From Chamaesiphon sp. (GTDB lineage: Bacteria > Cyanobacteriota > Cyanobacteriia > Cyanobacteriales > Chamaesiphonaceae), in contig CBDFFH010000039.1 in assembly GCA_965246715.1 (NCBI GenBank), forward strand, positions 83,754 through 147,753: a stretch of DNA of 64,000 nucleotides, written 5' to 3'. Shown here in pieces: positions 25,265 to 35,691 of the stretch. How positions within the stretch are numbered: the first letter of the stretch is position 1; each line of letters starts with the position of its first letter. Under the pieces are notes generated by a model. The model was not told where the DNA came from. It made no database searches and saw nothing but the letters and a program-made list of their open reading frames with translations. The position numbers and the translations under genes are program-made.

Positions 25265-26989
25265 CTACTCTGCTACCATACTCATCAGCGCAATTAGCTC
25301 GGCGTTGTAATCGATCGCGTATTCATTGGTAGCGTAAGATTTTTCGTCATCTAGATAGCTGAGTATGCCGCGATGTTTGGGTGCAATTTCATCTTGAGCA
25401 TCATGATTAGCACCACCCACTAGTAATCCAGGAATAGCGATTTTACGGGCGCGAGCAAAAATATGATTGACATGTCGAACTGGATGCGTACCGATGCCAG
25501 TGACAAATGTTTGGTTAAATGGGTTGCGCCCGAGTAGATAATCGATTTGATCGATCGCGGCTTGGCGGTAGGCAGGCCCATCGGTCATTCGATAAGCTAA
25601 TATTAGCGTCAGCCCCTCTGTAGCTATCATCTTGTTCGATCCCCAGATAAACCGCTGATTTGCCAAATGATAGCCACTAGTTGAGACTTTTTTAACGAGT
25701 GCATCCGCTCGGTTGAGGATTTGTTGGGCGATCTGTGCTGTAATCCGCTCGGAGCCAGGAGTATAGATCTCACTTAGATAGTTCGCGATTCCCAGAGCTG
25801 AAGGATCTTTCCACTCAAATAGGGTGTAGTCAAACTTAGGTAATTGTTGAAGGAAGTATCGATCGAATTGGCTCTCTTTAGTAGTAATAAATAGCTCTGC
25901 TGCTGCCCACAGGCGATCGTCTGTATCGATTTTCAGACTGGGTTCGATATCGATGGGGGATGCTAGATATTTCCCCGAACCGCTATCGTCACCATCTACC
26001 CAATCAACTTTCATCTTTGGTTGGGTTTGAAGGTATTCCCACGCCTGTCTAGATGCTTTGAGATAGATAGCCGATTGTTGAGGCTGTATGGGAGCGTATA
26101 CTCGTGCGGCGATCGCCATTGCTGCGGCAAATTTCGCTGTTTCAGGAGTAGAAATACCATAGATAAAGCGGGTTTGAGTATCTTCATCCGGCGCAACGAT
26201 CTGCGGCCATTTTTTACCAGATAGTTTACGATAAATCGCCCCATCCGATCGCTGCATGGAGAGCATCCAATCCAATCCCACCCGCATTTCATCGAGTAAG
26301 TCGGGGATACCGTTACCGCTTTCGGGGATGGTTAATTGGCGATCGGGAAATGCTTTGGGGTTATGCTCGTATAGACTCAATAGTCGCCCAGTGGTAACGG
26401 CTGTGGTGCTGACATATTTGCCATAATCCCCTGCATCGTGCCAGCCGCCTGTGGCTGGAATTGTTTTACCAGCTCGACTTGTGGGATCTTGGTGGGCGAT
26501 CGCACCATCCCGCAGATGACAAGGTGCGTGGCGAATTTCGGTAACGCGATCGTCGATCGCGACTCCACAGCGTTGGAGGTAATAGGAGCGGAGGAGTTTA
26601 ATTATTGGTTCTTGATAGACATTGGATGCGATCGCAAATGGATAAGACTCGATCGATCCCACTCTGAGGAAGTAATTCCCAGGTCGATCGATCTGGCTAA
26701 AGTCAATAGTTTGCAATCGATCGTTACTATCTCGATCGCGCACTGACTGACTGGGGATAATGACTTGTACCGTCTGTTTGGTGCTGCTATTTACCAACTC
26801 AATTTGTTGCTGTGCTGTGTTGCTATTGACTAACAGGGCAACTTTCGGGCTAGTGGGTAAATAACCAACCTGATTGACTACGATTTTGGCTGATGAGGTG
26901 GCATGTAATTGAATCCAATTTCCGCTAATAATGATGAGGAAAAAGGCACTGACGAGGATAATGAATAGACGATGTGCTCTATATATCAC
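25265..26989 (-). CDS. Secreted glycoside hydrolase family 9 with an N-terminal Ig-like domain
   Basis: Signal peptide, VNQVGYLP, GGWHDAGDYGKY, YLLGRNP and YATNEYAIDYNA. Confidence 0.92.
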   Translation of the reverse strand: MIYRAHRLFIILVSAFFLIIISGNWIQLHATSSAKIVVNQVGYLPTSPKVALLVNSNTAQQQIELVNSSTKQTVQVIIPSQSVRDRDSNDRLQTIDFSQIDRPGNYFLRVGSIESYPFAIASNVYQEPIIKLLRSYYLQRCGVAIDDRVTEIRHAPCHLRDGAIAHQDPTSRAGKTIPATGGWHDAGDYGKYVSTTAVTTGRLLSLYEHNPKAFPDRQLTIPESGNGIPDLLDEMRVGLDWMLSMQRSDGAIYRKLSGKKWPQIVAPDEDTQTRFIYGISTPETAKFAAAMAIAARVYAPIQPQQSAIYLKASRQAWEYLQTQPKMKVDWVDGDDSGSGKYLASPIDIEPSLKIDTDDRLWAAAELFITTKESQFDRYFLQQLPKFDYTLFEWKDPSALGIANYLSEIYTPGSERITAQIAQQILNRADALVKKVSTSGYHLANQRFIWGSNKMIATEGLTLILAYRMTDGPAYRQAAIDQIDYLLGRNPFNQTFVTGIGTHPVRHVNHIFARARKIAIPGLLVGGANHDAQDEIAPKHRGILSYLDDEKSYATNEYAIDYNAELIALMSMVAE

Positions 26990-27327
26990 GATCGGGCGGT
27001 CTCAAAGTAGGGTCGATCGCCTAAATTACCGCTTTAATTTTGGTAGTAGGGATGTAATAATAGTATGCCCACCGAAGTCTCGATCGAAGGCACTATTTGA
27101 GGATGTCTTGACTGAATCATCTCTAAATAACTAGCAACCGAGAGCACCGATCGCCATTTAATAAGATTAATAATCGAGATTATTGGTACTAAATAGCTAC
27201 CGAGCAATCTCTATTAAAATTTAGTATTTTCAATTACTTAAATAATGAAATTTTGTCGATCGTCTATATAGGAAACATTACCGAAAACTTACGATTAAAT
27301 TCATGCTTTGTTACCAATTTTTAAAAA

Positions 27328-27531
27328 TTGCCAAAGGCCTTTAAATTCAAAGGAAATAAATCAGACTTAGAACAGATGATCGGCAATGCCGTTCCTGTTA
27401 AGCTTGCAGAGTACGTCGCTCGTTGTATTCTTGAATATACCGTAGATAGCTCTGTAAATATGGTAAGTCCTCTCTCAAATATTCAGTTAAAACTATTTGA
27501 GAATATAGCTATATGTAGCAATTCTAAATGA
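27328..27531 (+). pseudogene. C-terminal remnant of a C5 DNA-cytosine methyltransferase
   Basis: PKAFKF...LEQMIGNAVPVKLA is motif X; no upstream catalytic motifs are present. Confidence 0.7.
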
Positions 27532-27586
27532 TTGATGAGATTTATTCAATCGAGCTATTGCCTTCGGTACGTTACAATCGCCATAC

Positions 27587-28068
27587 TCATAAGTATGGCG
27601 TACCGTCTTTGTGCGTAAATTGCCACTTACCCGCTACTAGTGTTGCTTGAAGGTCGTCATCTGGATAAGTCCCTTTATCTCTTGGTGTTCTGTCCCCAAT
27701 TTCGAGATATACAACCTCTTCTTCCGTCTCATTAATCAGGTTGTGAGCGTTGCCAGTACCCGATTTAAAGCCCGCACACATACCTGGAGCTAGTTGAGTG
27801 CGACCTGCATCGGTTTGTAATATGGGGTACCCTTCCAAGACATAGATAAACTCATCTTGTTTAGAATGAGCGTGGCGCAGTGCAGAGACTGCCTTCGGCG
27901 CTAGACGGGTGAGATTGACTCCAAAGTTTGTCAATCCAAATAAGTCGCCGAGTGGGTGCTTTACCCGCCCTGACATCCGCGATGCAAATGGCTCGGGATA
28001 GTTTGAGGGCTTAATGCGTGGGGGTGCGTCTTTGGCATCGATCGCGATTGGATTGAGTTCTTCCAGCA
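27587..28068 (-). CDS. Cupin-domain protein (start taken at MLEELN rather than 28258)
   Basis: LGDLFGLTNFGVNL, HAHSKQDEFIY, AHNLIN and YPDDDL. Confidence 0.88.
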
Positions 28069-28320
28069 TAAAAATAGCGATTAGACTAGGATTATTTGGT
28101 GTTGCTGATATTAGGGATGATTTACTGTTTTTGTAATTAACCGAACATCTCCCACTCTCCCCTTCCTCTTTTTCATCCCCCAATTTAACAACGCCGATTA
28201 TTTCATGTTCCGCACGACTCGCCGACTCAGATAGAAATGCCCAGTGGGGTAGGCGCATGAGGCTTACCCCTAAACATTATCCCCAGCAGCAATGCCCCAA
28301 ATTGAAGCTTAAACTATCGA

Positions 28321-30939
28321 CTATTGCATCGTGACTGTTGATGGCAGACGATTGAATGCCAATCGTTCGTTTTGCACCTCGACAAACACCGTATCGCCTT
28401 CTTTGAAGTCGCCCCGCAAAATGCCTTTGGCGAGAATTGTTTCCAACTCTTTTTGGATCGTCCGTTTGAGTGGACGGGCACCGTAGACGGGATCGTAACC
28501 GACATTTGCCAGGAAATCGAGCGCAGATTCGGCCAATTTGAGTGACAACTTGCGATCGACCAACCGTTTTTCGAGCCGAGCGACTTGGATTTTGACGATA
28601 TCTCGCAATTGGTCTTTTTTGAGACTGTGGAAGATGATCGTATCATCGATCCGATTAAGAAATTCAGGCCGGAAACTATGGCTGAGCGCATCTAATACCC
28701 GAGTTTTCATCTCGATATATTTGGAGTCATCACCAGCTAGATCCAGAATATATTGCGACCCAATATTACTGGTCATAATAATTACGGTATTCTTGAAATC
28801 TACCGTCCGACCTTGAGAATCTGTCACGCGTCCGTCGTCGAGGACTTGCAGCAAGACATTAAACACATCGGGATGTGCTTTCTCGATTTCATCAAATAAG
28901 ATCGTCGCATAGGGACGACGGCGAATGCTTTCGGTAAGTTGTCCGCCTTCTTCATAACCGACATAACCTGGAGGTGCACCAATCAAGCGAGAGACAGCAT
29001 GTTTTTCCATGTATTCGGACATATCGATCCGAATCAGTGCATCCTCAGCATCAAAGAGATAATTAGCTAGCGTTTTTGCTAATTCAGTTTTCCCCACCCC
29101 AGTCGGGCCGAGGAAGATGAAACTCGCAATCGGACGGTTGGGATCGGACAACCCCGCGCGCGAACGTTGAATCGCCTCGGCGACGGCGGTGACGGCTTCT
29201 TCTTGCCCGATTACCCGCTTGTGCAGTTCGTCTTCGAGGTAGAGGAGTTTTTCCCGCTCGGTGGCGACTAATTTTGTCAGAGGGATACCCGTCCACTTAG
29301 AGATAATTTCGGCGATGTCAGCTTCGGTCACTTCTTCGCGCAGCAGGGATTTACCCGTGGTTTGGGATTGGGCGAGTTTGACTTCGGCGGTTTCGAGTTT
29401 GCGGTGAAGTTCGATCGATTTGCCGTATTTGAGTTCGGCTGCGCGATTGAGGTCGTAGTCGCGTTCGGCTTGTTGGATTTCGATATTGACTTTATCGATT
29501 TCTTCTTTAATGGTTTGGATATCGGTGATGATATCTTTTTCCGATTGCCATTGGGCGGTAAGCGCGCGTTGGTCTTCTTTGAGATCTCCCAGTTCTTTTT
29601 CGATTTTCTGGAGCCGTTCGCGGGCGGCGGTAGAGGTGTCTTTATTGACCGATAACCGTTCCATTTCTAATTGGAGGACTTTCCGATCGATCTCATCCAA
29701 TTCTTCGGGTTTGGAAGTGATTTCCATCTTCAGTCGGGCGGCAGCTTCATCCATTAAATCAATCGCTTTATCCGGCAAGAATCGATCGCTGATATACCGT
29801 GTAGATAGGGTTGCTGCTGCCACTAACGCGTTATCGGAGATCTTCACACCGTGGTGGACTTCATACCGCTCTTTTAAACCGCGCAAGATTGAAATCGTAT
29901 CTTCGACACTCGGTTGATCGACATATACTTGTTGAAACCGTCGTTCTAGAGCAGCATCTTTTTCGATATACTTGCGATATTCATCGAGCGTGGTCGCACC
30001 GATACAGCGCAGCTCGCCCCGTGCCATCATCGGCTTGAGCAAGTTTCCGGCATCCATTGCCCCCTGAGTCGCACCAGCACCAACGACTGTGTGAATTTCG
30101 TCGATAAATAAGATGATTTGTCCTTGAGATTCGGTAACTTCTTTGAGGACGGCTTTGAGTCTTTCTTCAAATTCGCCGCGATATTTTGCGCCAGCAATTA
30201 GGGCACCCATATCGAGCGAAATTAACTGCCGATCCTTGAGCGATTGTGGTACGTCGCCACTAATGATTCGCTGGGCTAATCCTTCGGCGATCGCAGTTTT
30301 ACCGACACCAGGTTCGCCGATGAGAACGGGATTATTTTTAGTCCGGCGCGATAAGATTTGGATCGTCCGCCGAATCTCATCATCGCGACCGATGACTGGA
30401 TCGAGTTTACCCCGACGCGCAAATTCTGTGAGATCGCGTCCATATTTGGAGAGCGATTCATACTTACCTTCAGGGTTTTGATCGCTCACTTTTTGACTAC
30501 CACGAATTTGGGTTACGATCGTTTTTAATTTACTTTCTTCTAACTTGAACTCTGCAAAAAACTGCTTGCCGAAATGGTCGTCTTGGGGGTAAGCTAGAAC
30601 GAGATGTTCGATCGAAATAAAATCATCACCATAATCTTTGCGAAATTTATCTGCTCGATCGAGTAATGTATCGATACTGCGTCCTAAATACACGGAGCTA
30701 ATCGGCCCCGAAATCTTGGGTTGTTTATCGATATAATTGTCCAACCCTTGTCTGAATTGAGCTAGATTTACCCCAGCCTTACTGAGGATACTCGTTGCTA
30801 AGCCATCTTGCTCGACCAGTGCTTTGAGCAAATGCTCTGACTCCATCTGCTGGTGCTGTGAAGCTTTGGCAATATCTAAGGTTTGGGTAACGGCTTGCCA
30901 AGCTTTTTCGGTAAATTGCTGGGGATTGTTTGGTTGCAT
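28321..30939 (-). CDS. clpB: ATP-dependent chaperone ClpB
   Basis: Two AAA modules ([16 protein letters not shown]), a coiled-coil M domain and GARPLKR. Confidence 0.97.
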   Translation of the reverse strand: MQPNNPQQFTEKAWQAVTQTLDIAKASQHQQMESEHLLKALVEQDGLATSILSKAGVNLAQFRQGLDNYIDKQPKISGPISSVYLGRSIDTLLDRADKFRKDYGDDFISIEHLVLAYPQDDHFGKQFFAEFKLEESKLKTIVTQIRGSQKVSDQNPEGKYESLSKYGRDLTEFARRGKLDPVIGRDDEIRRTIQILSRRTKNNPVLIGEPGVGKTAIAEGLAQRIISGDVPQSLKDRQLISLDMGALIAGAKYRGEFEERLKAVLKEVTESQGQIILFIDEIHTVVGAGATQGAMDAGNLLKPMMARGELRCIGATTLDEYRKYIEKDAALERRFQQVYVDQPSVEDTISILRGLKERYEVHHGVKISDNALVAAATLSTRYISDRFLPDKAIDLMDEAAARLKMEITSKPEELDEIDRKVLQLEMERLSVNKDTSTAARERLQKIEKELGDLKEDQRALTAQWQSEKDIITDIQTIKEEIDKVNIEIQQAERDYDLNRAAELKYGKSIELHRKLETAEVKLAQSQTTGKSLLREEVTEADIAEIISKWTGIPLTKLVATEREKLLYLEDELHKRVIGQEEAVTAVAEAIQRSRAGLSDPNRPIASFIFLGPTGVGKTELAKTLANYLFDAEDALIRIDMSEYMEKHAVSRLIGAPPGYVGYEEGGQLTESIRRRPYATILFDEIEKAHPDVFNVLLQVLDDGRVTDSQGRTVDFKNTVIIMTSNIGSQYILDLAGDDSKYIEMKTRVLDALSHSFRPEFLNRIDDTIIFHSLKKDQLRDIVKIQVARLEKRLVDRKLSLKLAESALDFLANVGYDPVYGARPLKRTIQKELETILAKGILRGDFKEGDTVFVEVQNERLAFNRLPSTVTMQ

Positions 30940-31131
30940 AATGCGACTAGGAATAAGCTTTTTATATAAGTAGCGCTAGTGACAATCTCCGATCGCTGCT
31001 GGGTGGGGAATCCATCGATCGCGCTACATTTTTATTGTAATCAGTTTGGGTAGCTCCCTTGGATCGGTATTTACGACACATTAGCTAAAAGTGCCCAACG
31101 ACGAGAACCTTTGCAAGATTTAGAGAGCATA

Positions 31132-31958
31132 GGCGTTGCTGGATTAAGATATGATTTGGCGATCGAGAGGTAATCTGTGCCGTCGATCGCCAGAACTAAC
31201 TGAATTAGGAGTTGGTACTTCACCAAATTTAAGATAATGAATTAACAATCTAATAGAATGCTTTAGCATTTGTTCGCACTTAGAATAACATAATGTTTTT
31301 CTTTTTAATCGAGCTAAGTAATGTCTGAGCCTAGTGTTTTCACCCTCAACTCTTGTCATATAAGTTTTACTCACGATTTGGTCACCATCTGGAATAAATA
31401 TTGGATAGACCCTCCACCCATCCGTCACATAAAAATAACATTTCCATGTACTTACCAAATTCTCCCATAGCGGTCTAAATGTCTTAGCACTGTGGTCGCC
31501 TAATACCCATCCTAAAATACCCATCTGAAAGTGATTTACTGCCGTCCAGAGCCAGATCTTGTTTTTTTTGAGCCAACAAACGTCTCTAACTCATCCAACT
31601 CACCAACTTCTGGTATTTGGTCTGAATTATAGTAATCTGGGAGATTTCCCCCTACTTGCTTCACCCAGTCCATGACAGTTGTATTATGCACACCCATTAC
31701 TCTTTCTATTGCTCGAAATCCCATCCCATTAACATACATTGACAAACATTTCTGCTTGATTTGTGGTGAATATCCTCTGTGTGCTTCATAACAATCTATA
31801 AATTGCCGTCCGCAGTCTTTACAAATATGGTTCTGCTTTCCCTTTATTCGCCCATTTTTATTGATATTGGACGATCTACATTCAGGACATTCCATTTAGA
31901 TATTTGCTCTTGTTACTTCTCTCGATCGCCTTAGATCATATCCTAATCCAGCAACGCC
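31132..31958 (-). mobile_element. IS1-family insertion sequence
   Basis: ~40-bp imperfect TIRs starting GGCGTTGCTGGATTA, a 10-bp duplication AGAGAGCATA (31122-31131 and 31959-31968), and insA/insB ORFs. Confidence 0.93.
31144..31895 (-). CDS. IS1 transposase InsAB' (insA 31536-31895; insB joined by a -1 frameshift at A8C, 31561-31569)
   Basis: CPEC...CKDC zinc finger and HTH, ELDELETFV; the -1 frame continues KNKIWLWTAV...VTDGW...VEGENTRLRHYLARL. Confidence 0.88.
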
Positions 31959-32386
31959 AGAGAGCATAAAATCCAGATACGAGCTAGATTTTGCACGACC
32001 GCTTAGTGGCGCGCAAGCTTCGAATGCGACCTGAACTGGTCATTTAGTCCGTGGAGCCTTTTCCACTAGAGAATTCACACCCTCTACCCCTGTGTAAAAG
32101 ACTTAATTGAAGTCCGGTCACGGTCGAGTAAGTAATGAAACAACCAGAGTGCAGACCACAAAAGTAATCGATACGGCTAGCCTAAAGCGGTATCGAAGCT
32201 AAGGGGAGTTTTCTCATAATGAATTAACGTGAACTGTCGTTAAACTACGCGACACCTACCCGACAATAACCTGTCGCGTCACGTCTAACCACCTTTAACA
32301 AATCTATACATAGAGAAGTGCGAGTCAGAAAGGCAGTTTAACGCTGTCCGAGTATCTGTAAACTAGGAGCGTAGTGAAGGGAAACT

Positions 32387-34814
32387 GTGCGCCGTGGTAC
32401 GCACTGATTGAATTGCCAACTCAGTTGGCTGGAGTTCAGGGTAACTGACTCCAAGGCGAACAACTTACCTAAACCCGAAAGGGCAAGGGGACAAGAGCAT
32501 GTTCGTAAAGCGGAGAATAACAGAAAACGTGTATGTTATGGCTCTGCAACGCCTGAACGATATGGTTAAAGCTAAACTGCCTGAACCCCAATATCCAGAG
32601 GTGGAACTGCACATCCTTCGGTATCACGTTTGTACACCGATGTCACTGGTAGCCATTAATTCAACTTTCGTTAATGGTACACCCTGACCAGTGAGCAATA
32701 AGTAATGAACTTATTCAAGGATATGAGTAGGAACCTAAGTCGTTCTTTATACGTTCATCAGTGACGGAACATGGGATTGCCTAAGGGACGCGAGTCCTAT
32801 GGTGACGGAGTTCTAATAGTAGTCGTGGGAGTAACGCCCCACCAGGGCAAACGGGAGAGCCGTTTACATGGCGAAGTAGAACAGGTAATAAAGATGAAAC
32901 AGAAATCGAGAGGTACGCGAGATGCGAACAGCCGAAACGATACTGAACATCATACGTGAACGCGGACAACGTGGGTTGCCAGTAGAAGATTTGTATCGAC
33001 TGCTATATCACCCAGATTTGTACTTACGCGCCTACGCCAAGCTGAACAGCAACACAGGTGCAATGACACCCGGTGCTACAAAGGAAACGGTAGATGGAAT
33101 GTCCCTGGAGAAAATTAATACCATCATTGAGGCTCTGAGATCTGAGCGTTATAGATGGACACCAGCGCGACGTACCTATATCCCGAAGAAAAACGGTAAA
33201 TTACGACCCCTTGGTATGCCCTCTTGGTCTGATAAATTACTTCAAGAAGTAATTCGTTCGATACTAGAAGCTTACTATGAACCGCAATTTAGCGAACATT
33301 CTCACGGTTTCCGACCAAAGCGTGGATGTCACACAGCCTTGAAAGAAATTACCCAAAAAGGTCGAGCTACAAAGTGGTTTATCGAAGGAGATATTAGTGC
33401 GTGTTTTGACAGAATAGACCATACTATTCTGGTGGAAATACTACAAGATAAAATCCACGACAATCGCTTTATCCGACTAATTAAGGGTTTGCTTGATGCA
33501 GGCTACTTGGAAAACTGGAAATACAACTCCACATATAGCGGAGTTCCGCAGGGTGCAGTGGTAAGCCCAATACTTTCCAATTTGGTACTAGACAAACTGG
33601 ACAAATACGTCGAATGCGAACTAATACCAGCATACACACGAGGTCTTAGAAGGATTGTTTACCCTCCGTACAGAGACTTAACTAAGGCTGCATCAATTGC
33701 CCGAAAAGCTGGAAAACTGGAAGCAGCACGGAAGCTGAACCAACAGGCACAGTCAATTCCGTCCCGTGACCCCAATGACCCAAACTTTCGTCGCCTTTGG
33801 TACACAAGGTATGCCGATGATTTCTTGTTAGGAGTAGTTGGTTCAAAATCTGAAGCTGTGGAAATCAAACAGAAAATCGCCACGTTTTTACGTGATGAGT
33901 TAAAACTGGAACTCAGTGATGAAAAGACCCTCATCAGCCATGCAAGGGATGAGGCTGCTAAATTCCTGGGGTACGAAATTCACATCCTACATGCCGATGA
34001 TAAACATGACCATCGTGGTCAAAGATGTATCAACGGTAGCGTGGGGCTAAGGGTGCCCAAAAGCGTTATTAAAGACCATTGTCTTAAATACATGCGCTCT
34101 GGAAAACCAATACACCTGACACAAAGGGTCAACGATGATGCCTACAGCATAGTTAGCCAATATCAAGCGGAGTATCGAGGAGTAGTCCAATACTACCGTA
34201 TGGCTTATAACCTCCACACGCTATCCTTACTTAAACGAGTTACAGAGCTTTCCCTCGTAAAAACTTTGGCAAAGAAGTTTAAAACCACTTGCCAGAAAAT
34301 TTACAAGCGATATCGTGCAACCATTGATACAAAGGATGGCACTTATCGGGTGCTACAAGTAACAGTGGAACGTGATGGAAAATTACCTCTGAAAACTTAT
34401 TTTGGTGGAGTTTCTTTGCAGTGGAACAAGTGGGTCGAAATTGATGATAATCAGGCAAATCATATCTGGAACGGACGTAGTGAAGTCGTTCAACGCCTTT
34501 TAGCCCAAGAATGTGAAATTTGTGGAGCAACGGACAATATTGAAGTCCATCATATTCGCAAATTAGCAGATATTAAGCAACAAGGATGCAAAGAACGTCC
34601 AGAATGGATGAAGAAAATGTCGGCACGTAGACGTAAAACTTTAGTAGTTTGCCGTCAATGCCACGAGAAAATTCAATATGGTCGCTACGATGGTGAAGCC
34701 TTCAAACGTAAAAATTACCGGAAAGCTACGTGATACGGAAACGGTCATGCGTAGTTTGGAGGGGGGTGGTTGGAAAAGTACCAGTAATGGTAACTCGCTG
34801 GCTACCTACCCTAC
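32387..34814 (+). mobile_element. Intact group II intron (intron B, probably IIA/ML-like)
   Basis: 5' GTGCG, an internal RT ORF, DV AAGCTACGTGATACGGAAACGGTCATGCGTAGTTT, and DVI ending CTACCCTAC. Confidence 0.92.
32922..34733 (+). CDS. ltrA: Group II intron reverse transcriptase/maturase with an HNH endonuclease domain
   Basis: RPLGMP, SHGFRP, GVPQG, YADD and C-terminal CEIC...EVHH...CRQCH. Confidence 0.95.
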   Translation: MRTAETILNIIRERGQRGLPVEDLYRLLYHPDLYLRAYAKLNSNTGAMTPGATKETVDGMSLEKINTIIEALRSERYRWTPARRTYIPKKNGKLRPLGMPSWSDKLLQEVIRSILEAYYEPQFSEHSHGFRPKRGCHTALKEITQKGRATKWFIEGDISACFDRIDHTILVEILQDKIHDNRFIRLIKGLLDAGYLENWKYNSTYSGVPQGAVVSPILSNLVLDKLDKYVECELIPAYTRGLRRIVYPPYRDLTKAASIARKAGKLEAARKLNQQAQSIPSRDPNDPNFRRLWYTRYADDFLLGVVGSKSEAVEIKQKIATFLRDELKLELSDEKTLISHARDEAAKFLGYEIHILHADDKHDHRGQRCINGSVGLRVPKSVIKDHCLKYMRSGKPIHLTQRVNDDAYSIVSQYQAEYRGVVQYYRMAYNLHTLSLLKRVTELSLVKTLAKKFKTTCQKIYKRYRATIDTKDGTYRVLQVTVERDGKLPLKTYFGGVSLQWNKWVEIDDNQANHIWNGRSEVVQRLLAQECEICGATDNIEVHHIRKLADIKQQGCKERPEWMKKMSARRRKTLVVCRQCHEKIQYGRYDGEAFKRKNYRKAT

Positions 34815-34828
34815 TTCACGCTACGTTT

Positions 34829-34941
34829 GTGCGGTTCGTTGATTGAAACCAAGTCTGATAGGACTTAGGAGGAAAATCGTCTCTACACCGCCTTGAGTGA
34901 AAACTCAGAAATATAGTAGAGATAACTTCAGTTTAGTGTGA
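34829..34941 (+). mobile_element. 5' fragment of a second nested group II intron (intron C)
   Basis: GTGCGGTTCGTT begins immediately after the host DV; TCTCTAC/GTAGAGA forms a DI-like hairpin. Confidence 0.55.
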
Positions 34942-35501
34942 GTGCGTCGAACCCAAATTTGACAAGTCTCACCCGCTAGGAATGGCGTGATGCTAAAACT
35001 GCCCACATGGATGGAGAATAAACTCTAAAAGTGAAGCTGGGAGCAGAACGAGGATAACAAACCTGAGATGGGGGCAACTCGGATAGGTAAGTAGTCATGG
35101 TTAAACACTAGTTGAACTCTCGGAAAAAGCGTCTGAGCGTGACCGACCGAACTCAAGGTCGGACAACGACACAAGATAACACTTAAAAAGTGTGAAAAGA
35201 CCCGCATTATGTTGAACGCCATAAATGCAATTCTGGGGAATCGTGGGCGAAATGAGAGAACCTAAAACTACAAAATAACTGAACTGAGGAACGAATAAAA
35301 CGACTCTTTTAACCTTCAGCTAGAGGAATTAATTCTGGAGCGGTGGACTCCTTAAATAAGGGTTAGCAGGTAGAGTTGGTAAGATGTACTCGAAAATTCA
35401 ACAAATAAGGACTGTTGGACAACTGGGTACGGTTTACACAGAAAATGTTCAAATGCGTAGAGAATGTTATGACAACGGAGTTAAATCTAGTTGATAAATG
35501 G
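34942..35501 (+). mobile_element. 5' half of a third nested group II intron (intron D, IIB/CL-like), truncated at the start of its IEP
   Basis: GTGCG start, IIB-like DI motifs (CTCGGATAGGTAAG...TGAAC...AAAGCGTC; CTGAACTGAGGAAC), then ATG at 35469 giving MTTELNLVDKW before the junction. Confidence 0.6.
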
Positions 35502-35678
35502 CTGTTTTGTTTGTACTAATAGTTCGATAAATTCCGCGATCGAGAGCTGCGTTAAATCTCGCTCTGTTAACTTATGATTTAAATATTTACCAGCGATCGC
35601 ACCAGATTTAAGTCGATCGAGATAATCGCTCGATCGTTGATAGGTTATTGGATGAATTAATACTCGATAATCTTGCAT
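35487..35678 (-). pseudogene. N-terminal fragment of a hypothetical gene, truncated at the intron-stack junction
   Basis: HIP1-containing ORF directly downstream of the dehydrogenase gene; its last codons run into intron-derived sequence. Confidence 0.55.
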
Positions 35679-35691
35679 GTGGGAGTTAATT

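Larger units (their letters stand above)
31071..34828 (+). mobile_element. Degenerate ORF-deleted host group II intron (intron A), interrupted by IS1 and by an intact intron; the 5' boundary is tentative
   Basis: TTACGACAC resembles a 5' end. GGCTAGCCTAAAGCG...GAATTAACGTGAAC is DI-like. A possible IEP tail (KSIHREVRVRKAV*) is present. Domain V is reconstituted from 32367-32386 plus 34815-34828. Confidence 0.65.

Noticed and set aside
32922..34733. Retron, DGR or CRISPR-associated reverse transcriptase
   Set aside because: Maturase and HNH domains with flanking DV/DVI identify a group II intron IEP.
32367..35490. Circularly permuted group II intron (DV-DVI, then exon, then DI)
   Set aside because: The DV is preceded by its own DI-like sequence and an IEP-like tail, and is followed directly by GTGCG rather than a convincing DVI. 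Nesting plus deletion explains it better, though this is not formally excluded.
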